Part shown: positions 48,901 to 58,303 of the stretch, piece by piece
How positions within the stretch are numbered: position 1 is the stretch's first letter
Layout of the letters: every line of letters begins with the position of its first letter
Virus record (IMG/VR): IMGVR_UViG_3300034197_000017
Span: 1-64,000 of that record
Direction: 5' to 3' (one strand)
DNA length: 64,000 bases
From: a virus
Taxonomy: Duplodnaviria > Caudoviricetes
Notes under the pieces: model-generated
The model's input: the letters and a program-made list of their open reading frames with translations, nothing else
What the model was told of the DNA's origin: nothing
Database searches by the model: none
Program-made: the position numbers and the translations under genes

Positions 48901-50935
48901 TGTAGACAATCCAAGACACAGACTGAGATGCTGTTGATACATTCAGGTCTGTCTTAGCGATATCAATCACCCTGACTCTAGCAGGAGCTAATTTATCTAC
49001 CTCTAAGGCTAATGGCTGTAGTGAGGCATCATAACTAAAAGTATTAGCTAAAATAGTTGAGTATCTAGCAATATTCGTTACCCTCACCCCTTTAATACCA
49101 AAACCCAGTCTAGCTAGAGATTCACTACCTCTCTTCCCAAAAATAGTTTCGTGGATACCCCCTAGAGTAAGTTCTAGATTATTGGAACTTTGATAAATAG
49201 TATCAGTGAAGGATATAGAGCTAATTACTGAACCATTTCTCAAGAAATATAGTACATTATTATATTTTTGAATTGCAATATGTAGGTTAGGTTCACTATA
49301 AGCAAAATTTACAGGTATAGTCTGATTTTCTAACGAGGGTATTTCATATCCAAATTTCTTATCGTATTGAGGATAGAATTTAATTTCTGTATCCGGTAAG
49401 ACCTTAGCGGGAATTGATGTTCCTGAATTCCAGTTGATATTTGCTTGTGAAACATAAGTATTCCAGCTATCTCCATCACTAGATATTTTTACAAAGAAAT
49501 ATAGTCCTGATATATACCAATCAACATTAAATTCATGGATTATTTTACATCCAATCTCTATCCCCTTTTTATTGGAAGAATTTAACTTTAATAATGTTAT
49601 TTCTCTTTCAAATTGACCATTAATTCCATCAATATTATAGGTTTCAAAGAATAATTGAATTAAGGATTGTTTGCTGGCATCATCGGATAGATAATAAGGG
49701 GATGAATTAACATATGGAGCTAAGAAAAACTCTAAAGTGAATTCATCTGAGTTAAATGTTACAGGAATATTCTTAGTGGTTAGTGTATTAATACCATCAA
49801 TATAGAGAAATCCGGTAGAAAATGGTACTGATTGTCTCAGTAGAGATTGATTCGTAAAATGAGCTAGATTCTGGGAGTAATCATACCTATCGTAATTTAG
49901 TGGAATATTAAATAAAGTCTCATCGTAATAATCATCAATCTTATTTTGATTTGAGCTATTTAGGAAAGGTAATTTTATTGAGTAAAAGGATTGAGGATAT
50001 CTTGCTGCTTTAGTCAGTCTCAGATTGGAAATCCCACCAGAAAATGAGGTATCAATAGATTGTGCAGAACTAAAGTAAGCTGCCGTCCCATCTCTAGGTC
50101 TTAATGCTAGATGACTACCTATTCTCAGTCTATTTTCATAGGTATTCTCATTATTCGCTAATTCCAATGTTAAATCATGGTTGAAGCTATAGGTATTAGT
50201 TAGCTGATTATTTACAAAACAACGTAACTCATTACCGATTCTCTGTAATGCAACATGATACCAAGTTTTTCTAACTATATTGACTGTATTGATTTTATAG
50301 GAAGTACCGTGAGTTATGAATACTAAATCATTTCTATCAAGAAATACTCCATATCCCTTAGCAGACCCTGAATTAGGGGTATATGGGGTATATACAGTAG
50401 CTATATTATCAACATTTAACTGTACTTGAACATACTGTAAGCAACTTCCAACATGGAATATTGTTTGATAGCTCCAAGGCAAACTCACCTCATCTGCAAA
50501 AAAGCTAAATTCTATACTCCACTCACTATTACCTAGAGAATGATAGTCATTACCATTCTGTAATATCTCTAAATAGCTAGGTGTTATTGTAGCTGAGGCT
50601 ATATTTGAGTTAATTTCAGCAATTCTAGAGATATGGTTAGTTCTATTATTGATATAACCATAACTCTCTACTGAGATATCAGAGGTACTAGGAAATGTAG
50701 GATAATTTGCTGTGTTATAGTCAAATATTCTAAAATTTGATTCTATGTTAGTCCCTATTAGCTCTCTGACTTGATATTGATACTTACTATAGTCTCTATA
50801 GAATGGTAAACCTTTAGTATTAGTTTCTTTGTCAAACTTACATAAAAGTATTACTTCATTCCAATAAGGGTCAGATGTTATAGTCTCAATAGTTGAACTA
50901 GTGAGTAAGAACTGTACTAACTGATTTATATTCAT
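45929..50935 (-). CDS. large tail fibre/adhesin with LamG, Ig-like and FN3-like domains
   Basis: Repeated D..W..V.LL / TIEF(Y/F) / NLR(L/I)T.G..RY LamG units; Ig-like PVLTS...FIVTISF units; TALPASNITTDSFSINWSEV...YLLDIS FN3 unit. Confidence 0.8.
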   Translation of the reverse strand: MNINQLVQFLLTSSTIETITSDPYWNEVILLCKFDKETNTKGLPFYRDYSKYQYQVRELIGTNIESNFRIFDYNTANYPTFPSTSDISVESYGYINNRTNHISRIAEINSNIASATITPSYLEILQNGNDYHSLGNSEWSIEFSFFADEVSLPWSYQTIFHVGSCLQYVQVQLNVDNIATVYTPYTPNSGSAKGYGVFLDRNDLVFITHGTSYKINTVNIVRKTWYHVALQRIGNELRCFVNNQLTNTYSFNHDLTLELANNENTYENRLRIGSHLALRPRDGTAAYFSSAQSIDTSFSGGISNLRLTKAARYPQSFYSIKLPFLNSSNQNKIDDYYDETLFNIPLNYDRYDYSQNLAHFTNQSLLRQSVPFSTGFLYIDGINTLTTKNIPVTFNSDEFTLEFFLAPYVNSSPYYLSDDASKQSLIQLFFETYNIDGINGQFEREITLLKLNSSNKKGIEIGCKIIHEFNVDWYISGLYFFVKISSDGDSWNTYVSQANINWNSGTSIPAKVLPDTEIKFYPQYDKKFGYEIPSLENQTIPVNFAYSEPNLHIAIQKYNNVLYFLRNGSVISSISFTDTIYQSSNNLELTLGGIHETIFGKRGSESLARLGFGIKGVRVTNIARYSTILANTFSYDASLQPLALEVDKLAPARVRVIDIAKTDLNVSTASQSVSWIVYINNPVDSLVLADFTLVQLDGISGATLTSITELSDYEYRVVADSGIGNGSLTLNFLDRKTVKYKGTNNFISNQSGELNFEGDTYLINKAAPIPVLTSGSNPYVRNSFIVTISFIGAISEFNPENIGISNGFLVDSRIIDESNYIYQVTIEPIKDGVITIQALEGTGITATGTLSVKSNRLVRIYSESFDILQLPLNTSVLYGDFSPNRLELEEIVPNTTQFSNVVYPLGTSSSLDVNPLLEQGGLKYDNLDSIGSLITEELSTDWTIEFYLRINSKINNKVSHILSVENASTGFCIVANDGNLRVQRTISNSTNIFSSITIKDIDTPTFVEWTNNAYSQIQKYPHFAISKKGNTYRFYRNGIRQEIIQSDTPIDITKGDLYVGYYPNRVNDNAYYLSNVRLTYGKALYTAYQVNIPSLPYSVMPNIIEETELLSYISIYSSNSTSSVAITGDTITLKFTSILPLAQTPVVHILGSTVGVTVGEYNSYTATYTVLESDLDQEIPFSIAISNQPGIPNATFTQTTNNSQVFVDNSPLEVSITTLEPNNTNPHIEVIVGLTEPCRGITVDNFTVTNGFVSNLIKYSDISYSLELIGSSNGEISVKIDAGQIEDLAGNSNLVSNTLTRDVIIPSYSPDVSWDNVLLLIQPTSNSIVDLSDYGIGLTVNNVEISTVTSPSGLAKSLYFNGVNSSINFSLNQNLPNNIDYTIEFYLYINKSSILKLNNPTALPASNITTDSFSINWSEVSEADNYLLDISTLSNFSNYVPGYKNKIVDGSLTTLDISSGITLNSPKLKETELVGSKGFIPEWEYNYPALVYSLDVALDEEFTKPLYSYTDRVVELKYLEVGNIDQLEKVIPPSGGGDGVVDNSITGGTGTLMTGLLTNANNPKLYYVLDESSIRLYKNDAYSMPAIAEDIDAFSWIHIAICNTTKYTYLYIDGKQEDKIRNVGFSTDFDLGYSIGRFTGYLQSLRITKGVCRYTSDFNVPTLPLPIS

Positions 50936-52536
50936 CCAATGTCTCTGTTACTCAATACTATTCTTTTCTTAATTGTACTGGTATTATCTCTAGTTAATAC
51001 AACAACGAATAAATCTATTTTTCCATTACCGCTAAATCCTGGAATAGCTCCACCAGGAAAGAGAAGTGAATTATGAAATTCTACTATACCTGTTCTCTGT
51101 CTTAGCTCAATCACAATAGATTTAGTAGTATTTTGACCTATTGAGGCAGTTACATTGATTGTAGTAGAATCTCCATCTTCATTAGGTGTGGTGATAATGA
51201 AATAATCATAATCTTGACTATCTAAGTCCAATGTATAGGTAGTACTAGTATTGATGGTAATAGTAGTAGTCTTAATTGAATTATCCAGTAACGCCAATGT
51301 ATCGTTACTTAGCTTATCCGGGGTTACAGAGGCATCAGCTAGTACCGAGGATAGAACTAACCATCTACCGATTGTAGGGGCATTATTGGGGATTAAAACG
51401 GTATCCCCATCATCATCTAGGTCAGAAGAGGAGTCAAACGCATAAATATTCTTCTTACTTTGAACATAACGTGCCTGTCTATTTCTATATACTGTACTGG
51501 GTAAGGCTTTCAGTTCAGATAAATCAGCTACTGGAGAGGAGAAATAAACTACCTCATCAACAAAGGTATAGTCATTCAGTTTAGGATAGACAGATATAAA
51601 ACTACCGTCTAGTAATGTAGTATCTACATCTAAGTCTGGGGTGACTTCTATCACTAACGCTGAATTAACAGGTAAGTTTTTACTAATATCAATTACGGTA
51701 GCTGGGTAATTTACTACAGTCCCTACATATAAAATATCAGTGGTATCTAACGTATAATTACTTAAATTTAGATATCCAATTACTTTTACATTGAAGTTTA
51801 GAGATATAGACTTATCTGAACAATATGAATTTAAGTCCAACTCTCCAGATTCTAAGGAATTTGACCCATTATTTACTATGTAATATTTTATAGACGGGAA
51901 GATTAAACCATCTTGAATTGTAGACGATATTAAGTTATCCTCATCTACTGCATATAGCTCTAAATTAGATGTAAAATCTGTTTCCACTAAAGTATTAGAT
52001 TTTACTAAAATCCATCTTCCAGTGTCAGCATCGATAACTGTAATATTATCTACTTCCTCCTCACTTCCCTCTATATACTCATATACTTTATTAACTGAGG
52101 ATATCTTTACCCTCATACCGTTACTTAAATTATCTATAGGTAAATCTGTAGTTACTATTCCAGTTCCAGTAAGTATAAAGGAATTATTAAATTCAAAATT
52201 AGATAGGGATAGTGCAGTTATCTGGTCTGATTGATATATTTCCTGCTTATAGATAACTTTCCCGTTAGAAAAAGTATTAGTTGTTGAGGATATGATGATA
52301 AATTCTCTCCAATCCTCATAGGAAAACTGACTAAATATAGAAGCATGGATAATTAATTTTGAATCGTCAGGGATTACTAAACTCGTCATGGAGGATATAT
52401 CGTTATATCCCGCTCTATTTTTTGCTTTTACCCAGAAGTAATAAGTCTCACCATTTCCTTGAATATCCCCACCAGTTTGAACCGTAATTTCAGGAGATGG
52501 TAATACCTCTCTACCTGATGCATAGCGAGTTAACAT
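50932..52536 (-). CDS. putative tail fibre / tail-tip protein
   Basis: TYYFWVKAKNRAG FN3-like strand; DDGDTVLIP...GRW motif; C-terminal F.GG..P.FSG.GKIDLF domain. Confidence 0.6.
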   Translation of the reverse strand: MLTRYASGREVLPSPEITVQTGGDIQGNGETYYFWVKAKNRAGYNDISSMTSLVIPDDSKLIIHASIFSQFSYEDWREFIIISSTTNTFSNGKVIYKQEIYQSDQITALSLSNFEFNNSFILTGTGIVTTDLPIDNLSNGMRVKISSVNKVYEYIEGSEEEVDNITVIDADTGRWILVKSNTLVETDFTSNLELYAVDEDNLISSTIQDGLIFPSIKYYIVNNGSNSLESGELDLNSYCSDKSISLNFNVKVIGYLNLSNYTLDTTDILYVGTVVNYPATVIDISKNLPVNSALVIEVTPDLDVDTTLLDGSFISVYPKLNDYTFVDEVVYFSSPVADLSELKALPSTVYRNRQARYVQSKKNIYAFDSSSDLDDDGDTVLIPNNAPTIGRWLVLSSVLADASVTPDKLSNDTLALLDNSIKTTTITINTSTTYTLDLDSQDYDYFIITTPNEDGDSTTINVTASIGQNTTKSIVIELRQRTGIVEFHNSLLFPGGAIPGFSGNGKIDLFVVVLTRDNTSTIKKRIVLSNRDIG

Positions 52537-52712
52537 TATTTTGTAAATCCTTTACTTGAATTTCCTACTATAGTTAGAGGAATTTGATATTTACTGGACT
52601 TAAATTTAATATTCAGGTTATTTCCTTGATAATACAATTTAGGTCTTAGGGCTAAAAATGATTTCTTGAAATTATCTAATGTAGTAGTGTCAGTACCTAT
52701 TGTTATCCTCAT
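52536..52712 (-). CDS. small hypothetical protein (58 aa), not in ORF track
   Basis: MRITIGTDTTTLDNFKKSFLALRPKLYYQG...; its stop overlaps the next ATG (TAATG). Confidence 0.6.
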   Translation of the reverse strand: MRITIGTDTTTLDNFKKSFLALRPKLYYQGNNLNIKFKSSKYQIPLTIVGNSSKGFTK

Positions 52713-52730
52713 GTTTATAGTATTACTATT

Positions 52731-55352
52731 TTAATTTATATCTACCCATCTAGCAAAATTAGAGTTAATCTTATCTTTGGATACACCGAAATTCTGAGAT
52801 GTATTCCCCTCAATCTCAATCTTAACTGATTTATTACTACCTGAAGTACTGACATTAGGGACTGTTTTATCTCTTAAATCAATAGTAGATAGTATTCCAG
52901 CATCAAACCCTATCTGTTGAGCAAATGGAATTGAATTAGAGTAATGTACGGATAAGGATACTCTCTTAGTAACCCAGCTTTCCCTACTTCCCGGAATTGC
53001 TATCTTAGCGTTAACGAGTGAAGGTAGGGATAATGTCTTGAATAAGGTAAAATTCAATATCCCAGATGCCGATGCCCCAGAGCTAAATATACTCTTTACT
53101 AACGAGTTCTTTGCACCTATAATAGCCTGCTGTTTTGTCTTAGCTCCATCTACATTTATAGAAGGAACTACTTTTGAATTAACAGTAGAGCTACTACAGG
53201 ATATCAATGTGGTAGTATCAGCATAAACACTCCCATCCCCCTTAACTTCCTCATATAAAGCTTTTCTAACGGTTGCAGATGGAGGTCTGCCTTGACTTAT
53301 TGAGTAAGTAGAGTTAGTTACAAAACTCTTATAACTATTATCTTGGGCATTTCTAAATGAGGACTGACTCAGATACATATCCTCCCTTCTAGATAGGGTA
53401 GTGGGATATATATTACTGAATTCCCCCATAGATATAGTTTCAGGATTGACTCCTATGAGTCCATAATCATTAACCGTCATGTACTCGTGAGGCTTATAGT
53501 AAGTCCCACCTATACCTTGAGAGCTATTTACAGAGTTAATTACATCACTAACATTTGTATACTCTTGATAGTAATTTCCAATTGTATATTTTGTATTCTT
53601 AGATGGAAGTACAGTATATTTAGTAAATTCGTACTCCTCGGAACCTGTAGTAATAGATATTGGGTTGGAACCAAAATAATTTCTGGCTAGGGGATTATAT
53701 GCGGGATTTCCTGATACCCCTACAGAAGATTTATATCTACTTTCAGATATCAACATCAATTCAGGCATCCAGTCTACATCTGGGAATAGTACCGGAATTA
53801 CCTCCCCACTTCCACCACCTAAACTAGTGCCCGATTTTGGAATATACTCTATATCCCAATTAACATCATCCCCATCTTTATAAAATCTGGAGAATGGTTT
53901 TATAGCATAATCTGTCCTTTCAAAAATGGGTATTTTTCTATATAAATACTGTTCTAGACCTACTTTTGCTTGATATAGTGACAAATTATATAGCTGTGTA
54001 GATTCCTTATCTCCCTGAGCTAATGTATCCTTTAAGTCAATTAAACCTTTTAACTGTAACCAAGCATTAATGCTCCCATCAGTCCAATTACTAGAATCTT
54101 CTTGAGCAAACCGTTTAATTTCCCATCCAACAGTCTCTTTGGCTACCAAAACCTCTATATTAGAGCTAATTACTTTTCTATATTCACTATCAATCTCAAT
54201 AGGTTCTAACGTACCATTTTGATTTCTGATATAAGGAGTAATACTAGGAGAAAATGACTCATAAATATAAGTAGTTTTCTTCAGCTCAAGACATCTCCAA
54301 ACCATACCGTTAGAAAAATTAGCATCATCGGGATATCCATACTTCTGAGCCTTAATACTGGAAAGTAATTCTTGATATGCATTTCCTGTAGTCAATACAT
54401 CCTCTGCAATACCCTCTAAAACAGTAGAAGATTGAGCATTGGGCTGTTCTGGGTCAGCTACCAACTCTAATGCAGCATGAGCAAATCCAAATACACCGCT
54501 TAATTCTGCATTAGGCTGTCCATGCTCATATAGAGTTATCTTGAATTGTTTCGTAGTACCAGAATTATCTATCATTACACTCAAATCCCTAGGAAATTTA
54601 GAGTTATCTGATGTTTCTGGAGGTGCAATATGAGGATTAAAATCTCCCTCATATAAGCAATATTTAGCAGTCCTTAATTTTATAACCTTCCTAGCTGAAT
54701 TAGTCTTACTATCCTCTGCTTTAGTCCAAGTAAGTACCGTATCCTTATATGTATCCTGTATGTTCTTTGTAATTGTTACATTTGATGTAGACTTCCAAGG
54801 AACTAGACCAGATATACCTAAATATCCAAAAGAAATACTTTCCCTACCAAATATATAGGCTAATTTACCGTTTACAACTCCCATAGGGTCACATAACTGC
54901 TTTAAAGTTACAGTTTCCTCCCTAGATGGTTGCTTTGAAAACTCTACATCAAAGTCATCTACAATTACCGTACCTTTAGCAAAACTGATTAACTGACCAA
55001 TAGAAAATATATAACTATCCTCAGTCTTACTTTTAGCGGTATTTTTCTTAGCTTCTACAAAATCTAAAACTGATATAGAGTCTTCATATGTCTTCTTAGA
55101 GATATGAACATACGTTCTAGTTACAGTAGTAAGTAAATCCCCTTCCATCATGGTAGGAATGTCATTAGATATGGATTCTAGGTAGAAAATCATACCTAAT
55201 AAAGTCAGTCTTTCCCCTATCTGATATTTCTTCTTATTACCATACTCAGCGATAGTTATTTTAGGGTAATCCTCACTGGTCAACTCAATATTAACTATAC
55301 CGTTTGATATGGATAACCCTATATTGCCTATTCCGTAATTACTTAATACCAT
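52731..55352 (-). CDS. putative tail-tip/hub protein
   Basis: 873 aa in the distal tail gene block; no specific motif recognised. Confidence 0.45.
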   Translation of the reverse strand: MVLSNYGIGNIGLSISNGIVNIELTSEDYPKITIAEYGNKKKYQIGERLTLLGMIFYLESISNDIPTMMEGDLLTTVTRTYVHISKKTYEDSISVLDFVEAKKNTAKSKTEDSYIFSIGQLISFAKGTVIVDDFDVEFSKQPSREETVTLKQLCDPMGVVNGKLAYIFGRESISFGYLGISGLVPWKSTSNVTITKNIQDTYKDTVLTWTKAEDSKTNSARKVIKLRTAKYCLYEGDFNPHIAPPETSDNSKFPRDLSVMIDNSGTTKQFKITLYEHGQPNAELSGVFGFAHAALELVADPEQPNAQSSTVLEGIAEDVLTTGNAYQELLSSIKAQKYGYPDDANFSNGMVWRCLELKKTTYIYESFSPSITPYIRNQNGTLEPIEIDSEYRKVISSNIEVLVAKETVGWEIKRFAQEDSSNWTDGSINAWLQLKGLIDLKDTLAQGDKESTQLYNLSLYQAKVGLEQYLYRKIPIFERTDYAIKPFSRFYKDGDDVNWDIEYIPKSGTSLGGGSGEVIPVLFPDVDWMPELMLISESRYKSSVGVSGNPAYNPLARNYFGSNPISITTGSEEYEFTKYTVLPSKNTKYTIGNYYQEYTNVSDVINSVNSSQGIGGTYYKPHEYMTVNDYGLIGVNPETISMGEFSNIYPTTLSRREDMYLSQSSFRNAQDNSYKSFVTNSTYSISQGRPPSATVRKALYEEVKGDGSVYADTTTLISCSSSTVNSKVVPSINVDGAKTKQQAIIGAKNSLVKSIFSSGASASGILNFTLFKTLSLPSLVNAKIAIPGSRESWVTKRVSLSVHYSNSIPFAQQIGFDAGILSTIDLRDKTVPNVSTSGSNKSVKIEIEGNTSQNFGVSKDKINSNFARWVDIN

Positions 55353-56195
55353 TTACTTATTTATTAGATATATAAAGTCAGCATTCTCTAGATACCCATC
55401 TCTGTAAAAATTTAGATAAAAATACAACTGCCCATAGCTATAAATAGAGTTATATATACTAGAATAGTAGGCCACTTCTGTATATTCTATATCACTTACA
55501 GGCTTTTCAAGTACGGTGACATTCTTTACTATGGGTATAGCTCTATTCATCGCTACCTTACTAGACTTAGCACCTATAGTATATAAGCTATGTCTCTGCT
55601 CTATTGTTAATGCCATATCCTCAGTAAAAGTCAAAGTTCTGAGATAATCGGCAGTGACTTCCTGACTAATAAACTGTCCTGTAGTTAACTTAAAACTAGT
55701 ACAGGTAGGATTTATAAAAATATTTATATCCTCAATAGTATCTATATTGGATATAGTAAATCTCAATGTACAGTATATATCCTCATCAGTTTCGTTAAAG
55801 AGGACTATATCCTCTAATTCAGACCCTATAACCTCACTTTTTATAATATAAGTTCTAGTTGCAGAGAAGTCTGTAATACTGGTTTCAGTGTAAGCTATAT
55901 CATCTTCTGTATATATAGATACTAGTTGCTGATAAAACTCTAAGTCATCTCCTGACTTCTTTTTTAGGAGTACGGGTAGATAGGTACTATTAAACTGTAA
56001 ATAAATTAAACATCCATGTAAGTAAGCTGATGGTTGTAAAACATATGCAGTATTTAGTTTTTTAACTAAAAACTGTTTTGAAGGAGTTTTATCTAGCTTA
56101 AAAGAATTCCCTGATTGCCTTACAGTTTTCGATGCTATCCACATCACCCTATACTTACCCTCCCAGATGTAAAACTTACTGCTGTCAGACTCCAA
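55353..56195 (-). CDS. hypothetical protein, tail block
   Basis: 280-aa ORF abutting the next start. Confidence 0.65.
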   Translation of the reverse strand: MESDSSKFYIWEGKYRVMWIASKTVRQSGNSFKLDKTPSKQFLVKKLNTAYVLQPSAYLHGCLIYLQFNSTYLPVLLKKKSGDDLEFYQQLVSIYTEDDIAYTETSITDFSATRTYIIKSEVIGSELEDIVLFNETDEDIYCTLRFTISNIDTIEDINIFINPTCTSFKLTTGQFISQEVTADYLRTLTFTEDMALTIEQRHSLYTIGAKSSKVAMNRAIPIVKNVTVLEKPVSDIEYTEVAYYSSIYNSIYSYGQLYFYLNFYRDGYLENADFIYLINK

Positions 56196-56500
56196 GATGA
56201 GAACTTAGCTATTCCAGCTATTCTAAACTTAGCACCCTCCGTTACGTCTATTACTGTCCAACTTTTTCCCCTAAAGGTGAATGTTGCTCCAAAACCAGTC
56301 TTACCAGGAGCAGGTGTAGGAGCTGTAGTAATACCCTTAAATGTGATAGTTACGGAAGGTAAACTATAATTTCCTGAAATTACAATACCACCATGTTCCA
56401 CTAAAGCCGTTATACCTTGGGCAGATATTTTTCCGAAACTTACACTATCTTCAGGAATAGGGATATCAAATAATTTCTCATTTTCATAATGGATAGACAT
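56144..56500 (-). CDS. small tail protein, paralogue of 57750..58208
   Basis: KLFDIPIPEDSVSFG...TFKGI versus KVFNVPVSPDAISQG...DLKGI. Confidence 0.55.
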   Translation of the reverse strand: MSIHYENEKLFDIPIPEDSVSFGKISAQGITALVEHGGIVISGNYSLPSVTITFKGITTAPTPAPGKTGFGATFTFRGKSWTVIDVTEGAKFRIAGIAKFSSWSLTAVSFTSGRVSIG

Positions 56501-56644
56501 TCTAGTTAGAAAATTACTTACTCTATTTATATCTTAATACTTTTATGTTAATTAAGATTCAGAGGTACTCGTTTCACTGCGTCTCTGTTCGATTTCTTCC
56601 AATAGTGTACCATAGGACAAAAATAGGTAAAAATACCTAATATA

Positions 56645-56675
56645 TTGACAAAATCTAAATTTAGGTGATTAAATT
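56645..56675 (+). promoter_or_regulatory. probable sigma70-type promoter of the inserted cassette
   Basis: TTGACA at 56645 with a weak -10 (TAAATT, 19-nt spacer); AAATCTAAAT in the spacer. Confidence 0.5.
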
Positions 56676-56678
56676 AGA

Positions 56679-57011
56679 TTGGAGTATATAAGAGTGTATA
56701 TGGATTTAAGGTTAGAGGAAAATTGGGTAGATAGTGAAGGTAATCCAGATGGAGCTATTTCATGTGGAATTGGATATACTATAGCTTGGCAAAGAGGCTC
56801 ACTAGAACATGGAAGAACAGGTGCTTTTCTAATTGAGGTGTTAACGTCTTGTTTTAAACAATTAGAGCGTTATCAAGACGGTAAATTCGCTTGTAATGAG
56901 AATGAGTTGGCATTATTTCACATAAATCAAGCATTAATTCTTCTAAATCAAAGACTAGACCGTAGAAAAGAACAAGGAACTCTAGGAACACATAAAACAG
57001 ATGCTAAATGA
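56679..57011 (+). CDS. tad1: Tad1-like anti-defence sponge protein (start may be ATG 56700)
   Basis: WQRG...GAFLIEVL...LERYQDGKFACNENELALFHINQALILLNQRLDRRKEQGTLGT parallels Tad1 as I recall it (FQKG...GV...L...FQ.GPF..REN..AL.H.EEAL...N.R...R....VLGT). Confidence 0.8.
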   Translation: MEYIRVYMDLRLEENWVDSEGNPDGAISCGIGYTIAWQRGSLEHGRTGAFLIEVLTSCFKQLERYQDGKFACNENELALFHINQALILLNQRLDRRKEQGTLGTHKTDAK

Positions 57012-57216
57012 TACTTACTATGTACCAGAAGGAATAATCACTGATACCTCTGAGGAACTTACAGTACATATTTCACCTGATAATGTAAATAAACTTCAAA
57101 TTTTAGCCTTAATTCAAGACTGTAATATAGATGAAGTCTTATCGATGGCTATAGACACCGAGTTCACTATCAAACAAGATGTTTATCCTACCGGACTTGA
57201 CACTTTAATCCACTGA
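57001..57216 (+). CDS. hypothetical protein (possible ribbon-helix-helix)
   Basis: LTVHISPDNVNKLQILALIQDCNIDEVLSMAI resembles an RHH strand-helix-helix. Confidence 0.5.
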   Translation: MLNDTYYVPEGIITDTSEELTVHISPDNVNKLQILALIQDCNIDEVLSMAIDTEFTIKQDVYPTGLDTLIH

Positions 57217-57233
57217 ACTAAATCTAAATTAAA

Positions 57234-57452
57234 ATGAATAGTAGTATTTATTACAAGACATTTAGATGCCCGGAATGTGGCTCTACTGAACCATCTAGTT
57301 TGTTTATTAAAGAGTCACCTCTATGTAATGCATGTCTAGCTAATTTTCTATCGGCTCATGTTCCAACAATGGAGATTACCTCTAATAAGTATAGAAATCA
57401 GCATCAATTGGATATCTTGAAACAAGGTAGTAATGAAGAGGAGTCTGAATAA
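57234..57452 (+). CDS. small zinc-finger-like protein
   Basis: CPECG...CNAC. Confidence 0.55.
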   Translation: MNSSIYYKTFRCPECGSTEPSSLFIKESPLCNACLANFLSAHVPTMEITSNKYRNQHQLDILKQGSNEEESE

Positions 57453-57682
57453 TGAGTTATCCCTATTTTATTTTTGCTGGAAGTAATTTTTATGCTAAAG
57501 GTGGATGGAAAGACTATATTGATAGGTTTTATAGTCTTGATGATGCCCGTAGAGCTATTGTTGAAACTGACTCTGCCTTTATTATTGGTGGTGTAGAGTA
57601 TGAATGGTATCAAATTGTAGAAATTGGAGATGGGACTATTGGCTCATCTATCATTGAATCTAAAGGTGAAGCTTGTACATAA
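57452..57682 (+). CDS. hypothetical phage protein
   Basis: YFIFAG..FYAKGGWKDY motif, common in small phage ORFs. Confidence 0.6.
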   Translation: MSYPYFIFAGSNFYAKGGWKDYIDRFYSLDDARRAIVETDSAFIIGGVEYEWYQIVEIGDGTIGSSIIESKGEACT

Positions 57683-57695
57683 ACTTTAGATAGGT

Positions 57696-57726
57696 AAAAA
57701 TCCCCTACTTTTTCTAGCAGGGGATT
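57696..57726 (-). terminator. intrinsic terminator between convergent genes
   Basis: ATCCCCT/AGGGGAT stem with a T5 tract on the minus strand; the loop contains GCTAGAAAA. Confidence 0.75.
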
Positions 57727-57749
57727 AATATTTTAATCTAAATTTAAGA

Positions 57750-58208
57750 TTAGACTGAAGCAACAACCAAGTCTGTTAGACAGGTAACTTGGAAAGAGCT
57801 ATAGTTGGCACTGCTACTACCAATCTGGATAGTACCACCATCCTGATATGAGAAGGGAATACATTGAACCGTTCTGTAGGTGAACATGCCAGCGCCAGCA
57901 GGGTTATTTAGGTCAATCTCACCCAAAGCCAGAGACTCAGCATTAGCATTGCATATTTCAATGATTTCATCGGCCTTAGTGGTATTAATACCCTTTAAAT
58001 CAAACGTATAGGTACGTAGTTGAATGTTAACTGTAGTAACAAAATTACCCATGATAACAGAGGGGCTTGCTAACGATACAGTACCCTGTGAAATAGCATC
58101 AGGTGAGACTGGTACGTTAAATACTTTTGTATACTGAATGTTTAAGTTGGATGCCATATGGATATAAATATAAATTATTTTCTTATATATCCATAATATC
58201 ATTTCCAA
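57750..58208 (-). CDS. small tail protein (start probably MASNLN), paralogue of 56144..56500
   Basis: Shared N-terminal motif; structural-gene codon bias. Confidence 0.55.
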   Translation of the reverse strand: MEMILWIYKKIIYIYIHMASNLNIQYTKVFNVPVSPDAISQGTVSLASPSVIMGNFVTTVNIQLRTYTFDLKGINTTKADEIIEICNANAESLALGEIDLNNPAGAGMFTYRTVQCIPFSYQDGGTIQIGSSSANYSSFQVTCLTDLVVASV

Positions 58209-58244
58209 ATATGCCCTAAATTAAAATTATTTTTCTAACTGGGG

Positions 58245-58273
58245 TTGACAAATAAATCTAAATAACGTAATCT
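58245..58273 (+). promoter_or_regulatory. sigma70-type early promoter
   Basis: TTGACA (58245), 17 nt, TAATCT (58268). Confidence 0.75.
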
Positions 58274-58303
58274 ATAAAAAGTCACCTGTTATCGGAGAAT
58301 ATA

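Noticed and set aside
8309-50935. Diversity-generating retroelement or invertible fibre cassette
   Set aside because: No reverse transcriptase or invertase, and no near-identical TR/VR or inverted repeat pair was seen; the fibre repeats are diverged at protein level only.
56560-56612. GC-richer stretch beginning GTTTCACTGCG, resembling a CRISPR repeat or hammerhead core
   Set aside because: Single copy with no spacers, and no complete CUGANGA/GAAA core; it could be a remnant of a short coding sequence.
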